Assembly: GCF_018350175.1 (NCBI RefSeq)
Contig: NC_058383.1
Location: 14,138,001 to 14,202,000 of the forward strand
DNA length: 64,000 nucleotides
Direction of reading: 5' to 3'
Origin: Felis catus
Taxonomy: Eukaryota
Part shown: in pieces, positions 12,229-24,454 of the stretch
Numbering within the stretch: the first letter of the stretch is position 1
How the letters are laid out: each line of letters starts with the position of its first letter
Program-made: the position numbers and the translations under genes
Notes under the pieces: generated by a model
Database searches by the model: none
The model's input: the letters and a program-made list of their open reading frames with translations, nothing else
Told to the model about the DNA's origin: nothing

Positions 12229-13754
12229 TTGTTTTGTTTTTGATCATTTTTCTTTTCCATTTGACCCCAGTCAAATTAGACTATAGGATTATGACTGAGT
12301 TTTATTTACATCTTGCTCTGGTAGCAAATGTTTGTTTATATCATAAAAAAGTGAATTGAGAGTAAATGAAATTTTCCATTTCCATAGGGATACATAGGTT
12401 GCTGTTTTTCCCTTCCCCCTTCAAAGAAGCAGATCAGCAAAGGCTATGTGCTGTGTGAAGGGTGAGGCTTTATTCAAAATTTAGCTTATTTGGAATTTCG
12501 GGTGTGTGTTCATGTGCACGCATGGGTGCCATGGTGATGGGGTGCTTGGTGTTTTAACACTGTGAAAGGATGGCTAACTGGAAGTTACTGGCCCCCAAAA
12601 AATTCATGGTGAATTTCTCTCCAGGAGATACAGGTCTGGGGCCGTATGGTCCTGAGCTCTTGAATGAAAGTTGATGAAACAAATGCCATTATGCTTTATA
12701 GCTGTATAATCTTGGCTGTATAATTCATTTCCTTATTTCGCTCAGGTCGCTGAATGGGATAAGGGCCGAATTGCCAAAATATGTGATCAAAAGGAAGCCT
12801 CTGTGGGCATTTTGTGCCTTATCTCTGTGAAGCCACTATTTTAGAGAGAAAATCTATGGTCTCAGAAATACTCTCGTCAGAAATTTTTGATTTCCAATGA
12901 CTCGCAAGTTACTAATTTGGAGAAGTGCATTTACTCATTATTACTACCGTGCACTCCGCTCGGTTCTCCGCGATCGGTGCTTGTAGCTGTGGCAGAATGC
13001 AAAATGCAAAGCAAAGGCAGACTGGGTTTTTAATGTATTTGAACAATTTGGAAACTTGCATCCCGCTGTAATGGAATTTGCCGGCTAGTGCCAAAGGATT
13101 TTTTGATTCTGAAGTTTTTGTGCTATTTGCTTTTGCTTTATTTGAAAAAGGTTCTGGGACGTTGCCAAAGACAACTGGGAATTGCTTGAAACTATATTAG
13201 AAATACACGCAATGTGGTTGAATGTGGAAGCGTAGCTGCATATGCTGTGAGTCATTCCCAGAGTCATTGCGGGGCCGGGTATGGCTTTTCTTTAAGTAGT
13301 TGTGATCACATTTGTAAAGAGACTGGCAATCATGTGAAGACGGTGGGGTGATGGGAGTTTTTACCGTTAGAACAACTTGAATGAAAGTTTCTAGAGTGTT
13401 TTCCTTGACTGTTTTCGATTTTCCACTTGGTGTAGATTTCTTTTTGGGAAAAGACACACCCTCCCCCAAGCCACTGTCCACTCTTCCGGTCTTTTGCTTG
13501 ACTCTTTTTGACCCTTGGGGGCACCTGGGTGTGCTAAAGTGAGAGTGGTTGTAGGGAAGGCGAGGGATTTGAGGACTCGGTAAGAGAAAAACACATAGGA
13601 CGGAAGAAGACATGGTAGAAGGATTTCGGAAGAGGGCGAAGAAACAAAACAGAGAGATTAAGGCATACGTGGTTATCAGAACTGTTGATGAACTTAGCCA
13701 GGTTTGAGAGTGGATTGTAAGAGCCCTGAAATAATCCTTCTGGTCTATTAAAAT

Positions 13755-13965
13755 TTTTAAAAAATGTTTATTTATTTTTGAGAGAGATTGAGACAGAGCA
13801 CGAGTAGGGGAGGGATACAGAGAGGGGGAGACACAGAATCTGAAGCAGGCTGCAGGCTCTGAGCTGTCAGCACAGAGCCCGATGTGGAGCTCGAGCTCAC
13901 GAACTACGAGATCATGACCTGAGCCGAAGTCCAGCCCTTCATCAACTGAGCCACCCAGGCGCCCC
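13755..13965 (-). mobile_element. CAN-SINE
   Basis: Full SINE body. Confidence 0.93.
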
Positions 13966-14880
13966 CGTCTCGAGTCTTATCTAAGAATCTTGGTTATCCC
14001 CACAGCAATGGTTAGACCATATCTTGGACTGCTCTTTAGAAGGACTGAAGCCCCCACAAAGACCAAACCCTCTGGAGTGAAAGCTACCTGAGGGCAAATG
14101 TGTCACCATCTCCCAGTTTCTGCCTTGCCTTGCACCTAATAGTAGCTTAGTAAATGTTTACTGAGTAAATCAAAATCCCTGAGCCCTGAAATTGCACCAC
14201 ACTTCATTACTTTGTTTTTAAATAACAAGAATAACCTGATTACTGAGATCAGCAGTATAGAGTGGCTTTGAAATGTCCTGGCAGCTTCCTCTTTGGTTGG
14301 AAACGAGGATATTGTTGTGTCCTAAAGGTGAGGAGAAGAGCAATTATGGATGAACTGGTAGCAAGCAAAGAAAAACCCGGGGAGGGAGATGGGGCCAGGC
14401 AAGAGCAGATGCTAGAGCAGGGTTTGGGTTTTATGTCGCGGCAAAGTGACTGTGTAGTTTTTGCTGTCATGATTATGACTGATCTTTTTTGTGTGTGTGT
14501 GTCACAACACAGCGCATGGTGTAGCTGCTGGCCACTGGCCCTCGACACTGTCACACCCATTCCAGGAGAACCAGCGAGGGCGATGGGCAATAATTTGGTT
14601 GTTTCCATGAGCCTCAGATGGGGTAGTGTGCGTAGGGCCCTCCGGAATCCCCAGGGCTTGGCAGAATGGTTCTGGATATGGGTTCCGGCATCCCAAGCCA
14701 GGAAACAAGATGGCGGACCTGCGTTCCTGGGGTCACGGTGTGATGATAGACTTGACCTCTTGGCCCGGGCGTGTTTTGATAAGGTGATGTGTATCGATGC
14801 TTCATGGAGGAGGAGAGTGTTTAGTCCAGTGACATGACTGAATATTTAACTTTCTAATATTATTATTATCTTTCCTTTTT

Positions 14881-15110
14881 TTTTTTTTTTTTTTTAAATT
14901 TTTTTTTCCATGTTTATTTATTTTTGGGACAGAGAGAGACAGAGCATGAACGGGGGAGGGGCAGAGAGAGAGGGAGACACAGAATCGGAACCAGGCTCCA
15001 GGCTCTGAGCCATCAGCCCAGAGCCCGACGCAGGGCTCGAACCCACGGACCGCGAGATCGTGACCTGGCTGAAGTCGGACGCTTAACCGACTGCGCCACC
15101 CAGGCGCTCC
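14881..15110 (-). mobile_element. CAN-SINE (youngest SINEC_Fc type)
   Basis: Long poly-T; TSD ttatctttccttttt at 14866-14880 and 15111-15125. Confidence 0.97.
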
Positions 15111-15983
15111 TTATCTTTCCTTTTAAAAGTAAGCCACACGCGCTCAGGGCCTTTGTCTGCTTTACTCACGTTGTATTCTCAATATACCTGGAGCAGTATA
15201 CCTCTTAATACCTAGGCACCCCGTAGATAGTAGTTGAATTTTTGGACGGCATAACTGCGACGCACGGGGGTCAGGGAAGGAGAGGAGGACCGAATGCCCT
15301 TGTGCTTGAACCTGTTGCTGTCGGTGATCTTTTCTCTGAGGCAACGGAAGAGATTCTTCAGTGCTTACCATGGGCTAGGCACGGATTAGACAGATGGGTA
15401 AGGCCCAGCCCTGCCCTTGGGGAGCTCTCACTTAAGAAGGAGAGTTCTGGGGGCAAGGAAGCTGTAGCCATAGGACTGCCGGGGGCGGGGGGCGGTCCGC
15501 GGCAGGTGCGGGGGGAATCCTGGTAGGATCTCGGGGGTCAGGGAGGGCCTCCCAGAGGGGACCTCTGAGTCCATCAACACTGGTGTTGATACCTGCATAG
15601 GATGGCAGGGAAAGAAGCCGGAGGGGTTCCTTTATGCAGAGGCCATGTCAGAGCACAGGTACCAGGGTGTGAGACCTTGACCCCATCAGGGATGTGCGCA
15701 TGGTTAGGTGTGTCTGAACCCCCGGAGCTCCCGGGGGGGGGGGGCGCTCCAGGCAGGGACCAGAATTTCAGCGAAGCCACATGAAGAAGAGGCCCGTGTG
15801 TTGTGCTTGGGAATTTGGATTTCCATCTGTGAGAAGTAACTGGAGGTTTATTGTTGTTTTCCACAAACCTTTCGGGCGAAACATTTCAAACACCGTGTAA
15901 AGGCAGGAAGGACAGCGTATGATAACCCTACGCTCAACCCCTAGATACTACAATTCAGGTTTTTCCATATTTGCTCTATCCAT

Positions 15984-16232
15984 CTTTCTTTTTTGTTTTA
16001 AGCTTATTTATTTATTTTGGGAGAGCGCACGTGCACACACACGCATACGTGCGTGTGCACAAGCGGGGGAGGGACGGAGAGAGAGGGAGAGAGAGAGAAT
16101 CCCACACAGGCTCCGTGCTGTCAGTGTGGTTTGATCTTGGGGTTTGATCTCGAGGTTTGATCTCACAGACCGTGATATCTGAGCTGAAATCAAAAGGCAG
16201 ACGCCCAAATGACTGAGCCACCCAGGTGCTCT
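15984..16232 (-). mobile_element. CAN-SINE (older)
   Basis: gagaatcccacacaggctcc..ctgaaatcaaaaggcag..gagccacccaggtgc. Confidence 0.9.
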
Positions 16233-16316
16233 GCTCATGTCCGTTTTTTTATATCTCACATGTCCATCTGTCCGTCTGTCCATCCATCCTAAGCCGTCGG
16301 TTGTCTGTAGGATTTT

Positions 16317-16341
16317 TTTTCAATATGTGAAATTTATTGTC
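16317..16341 (-). mobile_element. Extremely 5'-truncated felid L1 (25 bp)
   Basis: Reverse complement gacaataaatttcacatattgaaaa resembles the felid L1 terminus; TSD gtctgtaggatttt at 16303-16316 and 16342-16355. Confidence 0.75.
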
Positions 16342-16552
16342 GTCTGTAGGATTTTAAGCAAGGGAGTGATTTGTTTCAGAGGAGCCCCTCTGGGAAGAAC
16401 AGGGAGGATGAAATAGAGAAGGAAGGGAGTGGAATTTGGAAAGACTCCTTGAGTCCGTTGAAATTGTTGAGATGAGACTTGACAGTGGCCTTGATGGTGG
16501 CCCAGGTTTGATAACTGGGTTGGAGGGCAGAGGGCTCAGAGATGTTTATGAG

Positions 16553-16842
16553 GCTATTCCAGTGATTATGGCTCTGTAACAGATTGTCACAAAATTAAGT
16601 GGCTTAAAATGGTGACAGTATTAATTTTGCTTATGAATCTGCAATTTGGGCAGGGGTGCTTTGTTTCTGGTCTACCCAGTGCCACCTGTAATGGCTCAAG
16701 ATCAGGGTTCTAGAATCATCTGAGGCCTCAGTCACTGACATTGGGCTGGCTCTTGGCCAAGATCTTATTTGGACGCCTAGATGTGTTCTCACCATGTGGC
16801 TGGGATTCTTCACAATATGGTGTGTAGATTATAAGGGTGAGT

Positions 16843-16886
<44 letters not shown>

Positions 16887-17101
16887 ATGAGGACACTAGT
16901 TGGAATGATAGTAAATTTTACGGTGTGGCCTCCAAGGTCACATCCCATTGCTTTGGTCACATTCTGGTCACCAGGGCAGTCTCAAGTGCAAGAGGAGAGA
17001 CAATAGTCCCCACCACTTGATGAGGAGTGGCAAGATTCTAGAAGAGCGTGTGGGTCTCGAGATACTGCTTTTGGCCACTTTTGGAAAACACAGTCTGTCC
17101 A
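16553..17101 (-). mobile_element. MLT1 (G/H-like) MaLR LTR containing (GA)n
   Basis: ctgtaacagattgtcacaaaattaagtggcttaaa..aatctgcaatttgggcagg..ccacttttggaaaacacagtctg. Confidence 0.75.
16846..16882. repeat. (GA)n microsatellite
   Basis: Directly visible. Confidence 0.95.
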
Positions 17102-18186
17102 GGGACCGAAATGGTGGGATTTGTACTTGGATGTGGGGAGAGAGGAAGTGCAAAGAATCTGAGCTCACATTCAGACCTCTAGGGTGAGGGGGGATCCTTC
17201 ACAGAAAGGGCATCGTGGGTAGAGGGACGGGCTGTGCCAGGAAAGGGGGGATGATGAGGAAAGCATTTGATTTGGGGTCCCCTTGATTTGTTAGTAAATC
17301 CCGCATCAGAACAGTGTCATAAACGACTGACCTACAAGTACAGCATTATCCTGGGAACAGAGAACTTGAGTTTTCTAGTTGTTTTCTGGTAGCTTTGGGC
17401 TGAGTGGGGTTTCCTGGCCTCCCCGCTGGCTGGGAATGCCATGGCCCTCAGCACCTGCTTCCTTCAGTGGAGTCGGGTCAGGACCCAGGACTTACTGAAT
17501 TCATCTAGCAGGTATTTATTGAGCACCCCTCGTATGCAGGACAAAAGATTCTGCCCCAGAGGAGAGGGAGGCCCAGCCTCCATACTCACAAGTTATGGGC
17601 CGTTTATCCCCCTTACGGCTCTCTTGGTCCCTAAGTAAATCTCAGCATCAACTAGATTACCTCCCCTCCCTCTGCCCCTGGGGCAGAAGGCAGAGCCGGT
17701 TTCCAGACGACCCTGCCCAGCATTGCTGTCTCCAGTCATCCGGTGTCCCAGAAAGCCTGCTTCCCTGGGAACCACCCCCCAACCCCAGCTTCCCGGGTCT
17801 GGACTCTGATTTCGTATCATCCTGCCTGGGTGGTTCTGACACTATTTATTCTGAAAACCCTGACTGAAAAATCTAATTCCCTGTAGCTTGTACACAAAGG
17901 ACTATAATTCAAGGTAGAAAGCCCTGAAATGCTGAACACAGTTCCATGGAGGGAGGGAACACTTCTGCCTGGGGAGGAGAGGGCAAGTTTATTTGAGGAG
18001 AGGGCATTTGAGCTCTGCTTTGGAAGTCAGAAAAAGCTGGATAGACAGAGATGATGGAGATGATGGAAAGAACCTTCCAGTTAGAGTCCCAGCTTGAAAA
18101 GAAAAAAAAAAACAAAACAAAACAAAAAAAAAAACAAAAAAAAGAGCAGGGAACAGGACAGAAGTGTGTTTTATTCTAAATGATTT

Positions 18187-18397
18187 AAAAAAATTTTTTT
18201 AAACATTTTATTTACTTTTGAGAGACAGAGTGTGAGCAGGGGAAGGGCAGAGAGAGAGGGAGACACAGAATCGGAAGCAGGCTCCAGGCTCCGAGCTGTC
18301 AGCACAGAGCCTGACGCGGGGCTTGAACCCACCAACCGTGAGGTCATGACCTGAGCTGAAGTCGGACGCTTAACTGACCGAGCCACTCAGGCGCCCC
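18187..18397 (-). mobile_element. CAN-SINE
   Basis: TSD attctaaatgattt at 18173-18186 and 18399-18412. Confidence 0.95.
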
Positions 18398-18899
18398 AAT
18401 TCTAAATGATTTTTATCAGTGATATCCTGATAGGAGCATGCATGTAGTTTGTGGGGGGCCCTTTTCCTTTATTTGTGTCTTGACCTTCTTGTTAAAATTA
18501 GTTCGCGTTTCCTCCTGCCTAGATGCAGACGTTTGCTTGTATCCAGAAACCTGAGGAGAACCCTCCCGCTGAATCTACACCGGAGGGTGTTTGAACAGAG
18601 TCAGCAAATTGGGAACAGTTTGACTTAGTCAAAAGTTGTGAAATATTTTGGAAAGAGTTCTCACATTTTAAAACCAATACTCGAGTTTGATACGGAACGT
18701 ACATTTATTTCTGTTAAGGTTAGGAAAAACCAGGAAGGTGAAGTGTGCTTGCCTGATGATTCAGGTAATCTTCTGGAATGTGTATTTTACAGTAACCCTC
18801 CATTTCTAATTCGGGGACCACTTCATACGTTTTATTTCCAGTAACGTTCATGCCTTCCTGTAGATTTGAGTTACCACCTATAGTCGTTTGTCTTTTGCT

Positions 18900-18914
18900 T
18901 CCTTTTCCCTTTCC

Positions 18915-18968
<54 letters not shown>

Positions 18969-19178
18969 CTCTCTCTCTTTTAATTTTATATATTTTTGAG
19001 AGAAAGAGAGAGCGTGAGCAGGGGAGGGTCAGAGAGAGAGGGAGACACAGAATCCGAAGCAGGCCCCAGGCTCTGAGCTGTCAGCACAGAGCCCGACGTG
19101 GGGCTCGAACCCACGGCCCGTGAGATCATGACCTGAGCTGAAGTCAGACGCTAAACTGATGGACCACACAGGCGCCCC
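18900..19178 (-). mobile_element. CAN-SINE with tail expanded to (TTTC)n
   Basis: (TTTC)n at ~18916-18968 followed by the SINE body. Confidence 0.93.
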
Positions 19179-19504
19179 TAGTCCATTTTCTTCAGGCTAG
19201 AGAACTTCCTTTAGGATTTCTTGTACAGCAGATCTGCTTGTGATAAATTCTCTGGTTTGTCTATTTGAGAGTGTCTTTATTGCCTTTTCATTTTCGAAGG
19301 ATGGTTTTTGCTGCGTAATGAATTCTGGGTTTACAGTTTTTTGTTCAGCATATTAAGATATTGTTACACTGTCTTTTGGCCTCCGTGGTTTCTGATGAGA
19401 AGTACACCCTCATTTGTATTATTCTCTGATGGATGTGATGTGTCATTCTTCTCTGGCTGTTTTCAAGATTTGAACTTTGTGTTTCAACAGTTGGCCTAGA
19501 TGTC

Positions 19505-19736
19505 ATTTTTTTTCCTTTTTTTTTTTTTTTGAAATGGTTATTTATTTTGGAGGGAGAGAGAGAGCATGAGCAGGGGAGGGGCAGAGAGAGAGGGAGAGAG
19601 AATCCCAAGCAGGCTCCAGGCTCCGAGCTGTCAGCACAGAGCCTGACTCGGGGCTCAATCTCACAAACTGCGAGATCACGACCTGAGTTGCAACCAAGAG
19701 TCGGATGCTTAACCCACTGAACCCCCCAGGATACCC
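19505..19736 (-). mobile_element. CAN-SINE
   Basis: Full SINE body; degenerate TSD gcctag(a/g)tgt. Confidence 0.92.
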
Positions 19737-19827
19737 TGCCTAGGTGTAAATGTTAAAGTATTTATTCTACTTTAGGTTTGGTTGAATTTTGTGAGTCTAT
19801 GCTTGTCTTTACTAAAGTGGAAGTTTT

Positions 19828-20047
19828 TTTGTTTTAATTTTTTTAACGTTTATTTATTTTTGAGACAGAGAGAGACAGAGCATGAACAGGGGAGGGGCAG
19901 AGAGAGAGGGAGACACAGAATCGGAAACAGGCTCCAGGCTCTGAGCCATCAGCCCAGAGCCCGACGCGGGGCTCGAACTCACGGACCGCGAGATCGTGAC
20001 CTGAGCCGAAGTCGGACGCTTAACCGACCGAGCCACCCAGGCGCCCC
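19828..20047 (-). mobile_element. CAN-SINE (SINEC_Fc, young)
   Basis: TSD taaagtggaagtttt. Confidence 0.96.
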
Positions 20048-20572
20048 TAAAGTGGAAGTTTTAAGCCGATTAAACTTCTTTATTATTTTTTTTTTCCTGC
20101 CTCTTCTCTGTTTCCTCTACTCCAGATATTAAGTTGAACTGATTGATACTGTCATACAGGTCTCTAAGGCTCCGTTCATTTTTCTTCGTCGTTTTCCCCT
20201 CTCTGTTCTTCAGGTTGAATAGTTTCTGTTGATCTTTCTTGAGGGTCAGAGACTCTATCCCTGAGCTCTTAATCGCATTCCAGTTGTACTTTTTACTCCT
20301 AGAATTCCCATTTGGTTCTTTCTTCATCACATTTCATTTTGGGGCTGAGATTCCCCCCGCCGGTGCCTCCGTTATGTATGTATTGTCATTCAAAAATTCT
20401 TGCACATATGTGTAAGAGCTGCTCCAAAGTCTTTGTGTGCTAATTTGAATTTCTGGATCATCTTGGAATTCATTGAAAAATTATTCTTTTGTCTCAGAAA
20501 GGGATTAGATTTTTTCTTTGTATGTCTAGTGATTTTGGGTGAATTCCTGGGCATTATTAAATATATGTCATA

Positions 20573-20772
20573 GGGGCGCCCGGGTGGCTCAGTCGGCTCA
20601 GCGTCCGACTTCGGCTCAGGTCATGATCTCGCGGTTCGTGAGTTCAAGCCCCGCGTCGGGCTCTGTGCTGACCGCTCGGAGCCTGGAGCCTGCTTCGGAT
20701 TCTGTGCCCCTTCCCTTTTGCTCTCTCTCTCTCTCTCAAAAATAAATAAACATTACAAAAAACTAAAAAAAT
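20573..20772 (+). mobile_element. CAN-SINE
   Basis: Head ggggcgcccgggtggctcag; TSD atatatgt(c/t)atag. Confidence 0.94.
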
Positions 20773-21499
20773 AAATATATGTTATAGAGGCTCTGGATCC
20801 TGCTAAGTTCTTTTCAATAGGATATTTATTTATTTATTTATTAAATAGGGGTTTTGTTCTCACGGACAGGTAACTTGGCTGGACTTAAACTCCAAGCTCA
20901 GTCCCTTGCACCCTTACACTAGGGCACCTGACATCTCCACTTATTTCTTTCAGTTTCCAGCTGCTTTTTTTTTTTTTACCCCACCCCCTGCCCCCACCAT
21001 GGTCTCTCATATCTGTGTGTAGTTTGGTAATCAGCCGGGGATCTGGGTGGATTTTATATACAGATTTTTGTGGGCTCACCCCATCTGCTGTTGCCTCCCT
21101 TCCAGGATTTCACCTCTAACTTTCTGGCTGTTCTTCCAGCCCCCAAGTTTTCCTCCCGTAACAAGCCAGTGAAGGCTGTGGTTTTCTTCCGCGGCAGGTG
21201 CGTGCAAATTGGAGAGTGCCTTCAGCTAAAAGGCTGCTACAAAGTCACAATTTTACTCTTTGCAGTTGTCTTTCAAAGGCCGACTCCTGTGCAGGTTCAG
21301 CCTGCTTTTGGTCCTTCCCAATACCTTTAAATTCCTTTTTTTTTTTTTAATTACATTTTTGTCTGGATTTGATCATTGTTACCTGCTGAAGGCTGAGTTT
21401 GTACAAGCTATTCTGTACTGGAAGCTGGGTCAACCCTGAGATTGCTTTTTTATGGGCTCATTGAGGTATAATTGATATCAGATAAACTGTATGTATGTA

Positions 21500-21707
21500 T
21501 TAAAAAAATTTTTTTTAATGTGTATTTTTAAGAGACAGAGTTTGAGCAGGGGAGGGGCAGAGAGAGAGGGAGACACAGAATCCGAAGCAGGCTCCAGGCT
21601 CTGAGCTGTCAACACAGAGCCTGATGCGGGGCTCGAACCCACGAACCGTGAGATCATGACCTGAGCTGAAGTCGGACGCTTAACCAACTGAGCCACCCAG
21701 GTGCCCC
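21500..21707 (-). mobile_element. CAN-SINE
   Basis: TSD aaactgtatgtat. Confidence 0.94.
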
Positions 21708-21739
21708 GAAACTGTATGTATTTAAAATATACAACTTTT

Positions 21740-21860
21740 GGGGCACCTGTCTGGCTCCGTCGGTGGAGCAGGTGACTCTTGATCTTGGGGTTGTGAATTC
21801 GAGCCCCATGCCGGGTGTAGAGATTACTCGAGAATAAGATCTTAAACAAAAATAAATAAA
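21740..21860 (+). mobile_element. Short tRNA-derived CAN-SINE
   Basis: ggggcacctgtctggctccgtcggtggagc..gactcttgatcttggggttgtgaattcgagcccc..gtagagattac. Confidence 0.85.
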
Positions 21861-22057
21861 AGATACACCTTTGTAAGTTTTAATGTAAGTTTGTGCTCTT
21901 GGTACCGTCACTACGATCAAGATAACAGTAGGTTTTTGAATTTTATTAAGAGATCATATAAAATGAGTGGTGGGGCAAACAGGGCTCGTTAATGTCTTGT
22001 ATTTTGCGCATTGCTTTCCGATGCAATGTCTCATTTTGGTCTTCATAATGTACCTGG

Positions 22058-22440
22058 GTTATGGACTGAACATTTGTTTCCCCATTCTCCGCCCCCCCCG
22101 ACCCCCTACCCCGCCCCCCCCCCGACCCCCTACCCCAGTTCATATGTTGAGATCCTAACCCCGGATGTGATGGTATTTGGAGGTGGGGTCTCTGGCGGGT
22201 GCTTGGGTGATGAGGGTGGAACCCTTGTGAATGGGATTAGCGCCTGGATCAGAAGAGGCAGGAGGGCTTCCTCTTCTTCTCCGCTGTGCAGCGTCAGGAT
22301 GCCAACTAGGAAGCGGGTCCTCACCGGACATTGGATCTGCCAGCACCGTGGTTGTGGATATCCCAGCGTCCAGAACTGTGAGAAGGGAATGTTTGTTGTT
22401 TGAGCCACCCAGCCTCTGGTCCTTTGTTCCGGAACGAAGA
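22058..22440 (+). mobile_element. MLT1A-type MaLR LTR
   Basis: ttatggactgaa..ttcatatgttgagatcctaacccc..gtgatggtatttggaggtgggg..gaatgggattag..ccagaactgtgaga..tttgagccacccag. Confidence 0.85.
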
Positions 22441-23094
22441 CGCCCTAGTGAATGGACTGTGGCTCTTAATGTCACCCTTCTGCAGATGAGACATTGAGGT
22501 GACGTGTTCAGTGACGTGGCCTTTTCACGATACCCGTCGTGCTCCCTTACACCACTACCCCCCTGTGATTCTGAGACCCATAAATTGTGGCCCTATCTTC
22601 GGGAGTTCACTTTTATTTCGAGCGGGGAGAGGAAACCGCTCAGAACAGGGCCAGGTGAGTCTGGGGCCGAAAAGGGGGAGACCGTGGAAGTTAAATAGAG
22701 GCGTCTGGACCCAATGTGGGGTGCGGCGGGGAACAGGGCAGTGTTCGAGCAGAAGAGTACTGTGGCCAGTGGGTGGCGGTGTGCGGGCCTCAGGGAGAAA
22801 CAGGCAGGGAGCCTGGTTTGGGACGTGTCGTGCCATAGGCTGGTGTAGTGTGATGAACGTGGTTGCGGAAGCGAGAAGGAAAACAGTAGAGCCTTTACGA
22901 AGGAAGGACTAAGGGGAAATAGGAGATGGTTGTAAAAGAGAAAAGAGGAAGGGTCCAGGGTAGACTGCTCCTTCGTGATGCCTGTGCCCTTTCACTGCAG
23001 AAGTGCCCAGTCAATGTTGGTTGCAATAAAGCAGATGACGGTGGGGGAGAAGGGAGACGGGGTAGAAGCTTGCTTACAAGCCCCTAAATTACCA

Positions 23095-23237
23095 CCTCCG
23101 TAGCTCGTATGCGCATCAGAATCATCTGGAAGGCAATTCCTGGGTCTGTGGGTCCGGAGGGCGCTCCCCCAATTTGCATTTCTAACCAGTCACGCACACG
23201 CTGCTGGCACAGGGCCCCACACTTTGGGAACCAACGG
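23095..23237. mobile_element. MER5A hAT-Charlie element
   Basis: gcatcagaatcatctgg..aatttgcatttctaac..cacactttgggaacc. Confidence 0.75.
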
Positions 23238-24454
23238 CTCAAAGTCAAAGTCAAGAGAACGGTTATGAATTCTGCTGTCTGCCCTTTACGCTTCGGGGCT
23301 GACTGTAGAGGAATGTTTTCCTCTCGGTTTTGTCTGCTGGGATTGACAGTCAGCGAGGTGTCTTTGGGATCATGAATCACGATTTAACATTTGCAAGAAA
23401 TCTACTTTATGACCTCCCGTCAACTCCGGAGCCTTGTTTCGGGAGCCTCTCGGGTACCATTTTGAGAGCACTGCGTGTTCTGCCACAAGTTCTCGGGGAG
23501 CCAACGAGAAGGCTTTCCGAACGTTACAGAAGATCCTGGGTCCTGGGAAGGACAGAGCCGGCTGGCTCCGGCCGCAGACAGATTGGGAGGCACTCCTGGG
23601 ATGGCGTTCTGCTCATTAGCTCATTTGCGGAATCCTGACTTCATGTGTCATCAGGTAGGGCATCCTGGGCATTCCTCCAATTTGTCAGGGGTCTTCTTGA
23701 GTTTCTGCTTGGCTTGCAAAGAAGAGAATGTTTCTGTTAAGGAGGCACCTGGCGTGCTCAGGCTTTGCGAGCGGGGCCTTCGGATGCAGAGGGTAATTGT
23801 TTCTTAGAACAAACCGAGTGCATTTCGTGCCAGCGCAGGGCTGTGGGCGTGTTGTGCACCTGGAGGGGTTTGCGGATTCTTTGAGGATTTGAAGACCCAG
23901 CTGTGCAAAGTGACGGGGTTCAGCCTTTTTCTTTTTTTCCCATTTAGCGCCAGTTCATCGCAAGGACTGAGCCTGAGCACTTGGGAGCACGTCCACTCTC
24001 TACCTGGACATGTAACCATTTCACCCATCTGGTCTGATGGCACTGATGGCTTTGCTATACCTCATTCCTCCCAGTGAAGCTCGGAAGACAAGACGAATCG
24101 TCCCGGGCACATACCACTGTCCTGGGGCTGGCACGCCCTCCACACATTGAGGTTTTCCCGCTCCGAGGGGATGAGTCTTACAAAGCCCCCACTCCCACAG
24201 TTTTTGAGAGCCGGGGGCCTTACCAGGGGTACTGAATTCCTCCTCCGAAGGGATTTTCCTTTCCTTAGCGGCTTCCCCGGGTCAAAGTTGATTCTGGGCA
24301 TTGCTCACCAGGACCCTGAAGTCTGACCCCTTCAAGAACCACCCCCCCTCCCCACCCCAAGCTCGAGTCTGGTGCCCCTGCGTGTCTGTGAAAACCAACA
24401 ACTAAAAGAAATGGCAGCAACAGCCCTACCTTCACTGAGAGCCGCCTCACAGCG

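Larger units (their letters stand above)
19180..21420 (-). mobile_element. Old L1M ORF1/5' region interrupted by three SINEs
   Basis: Antisense ORF1-like DNA (ttaggatttcttgtacagcagatctgc..ttttcgaaggatgg); Lys-rich ORF1-like peptide at 20070-20330. Confidence 0.65.

Noticed and set aside
14262..14837. 191 aa ORF
   Set aside because: Non-ATG start, no recognisable motif and no convincing splice boundaries.
18523..18718. Candidate exon (cctcctgcctag|ATG.. to AAG|gttagg)
   Set aside because: Stops in all three frames and no other support.
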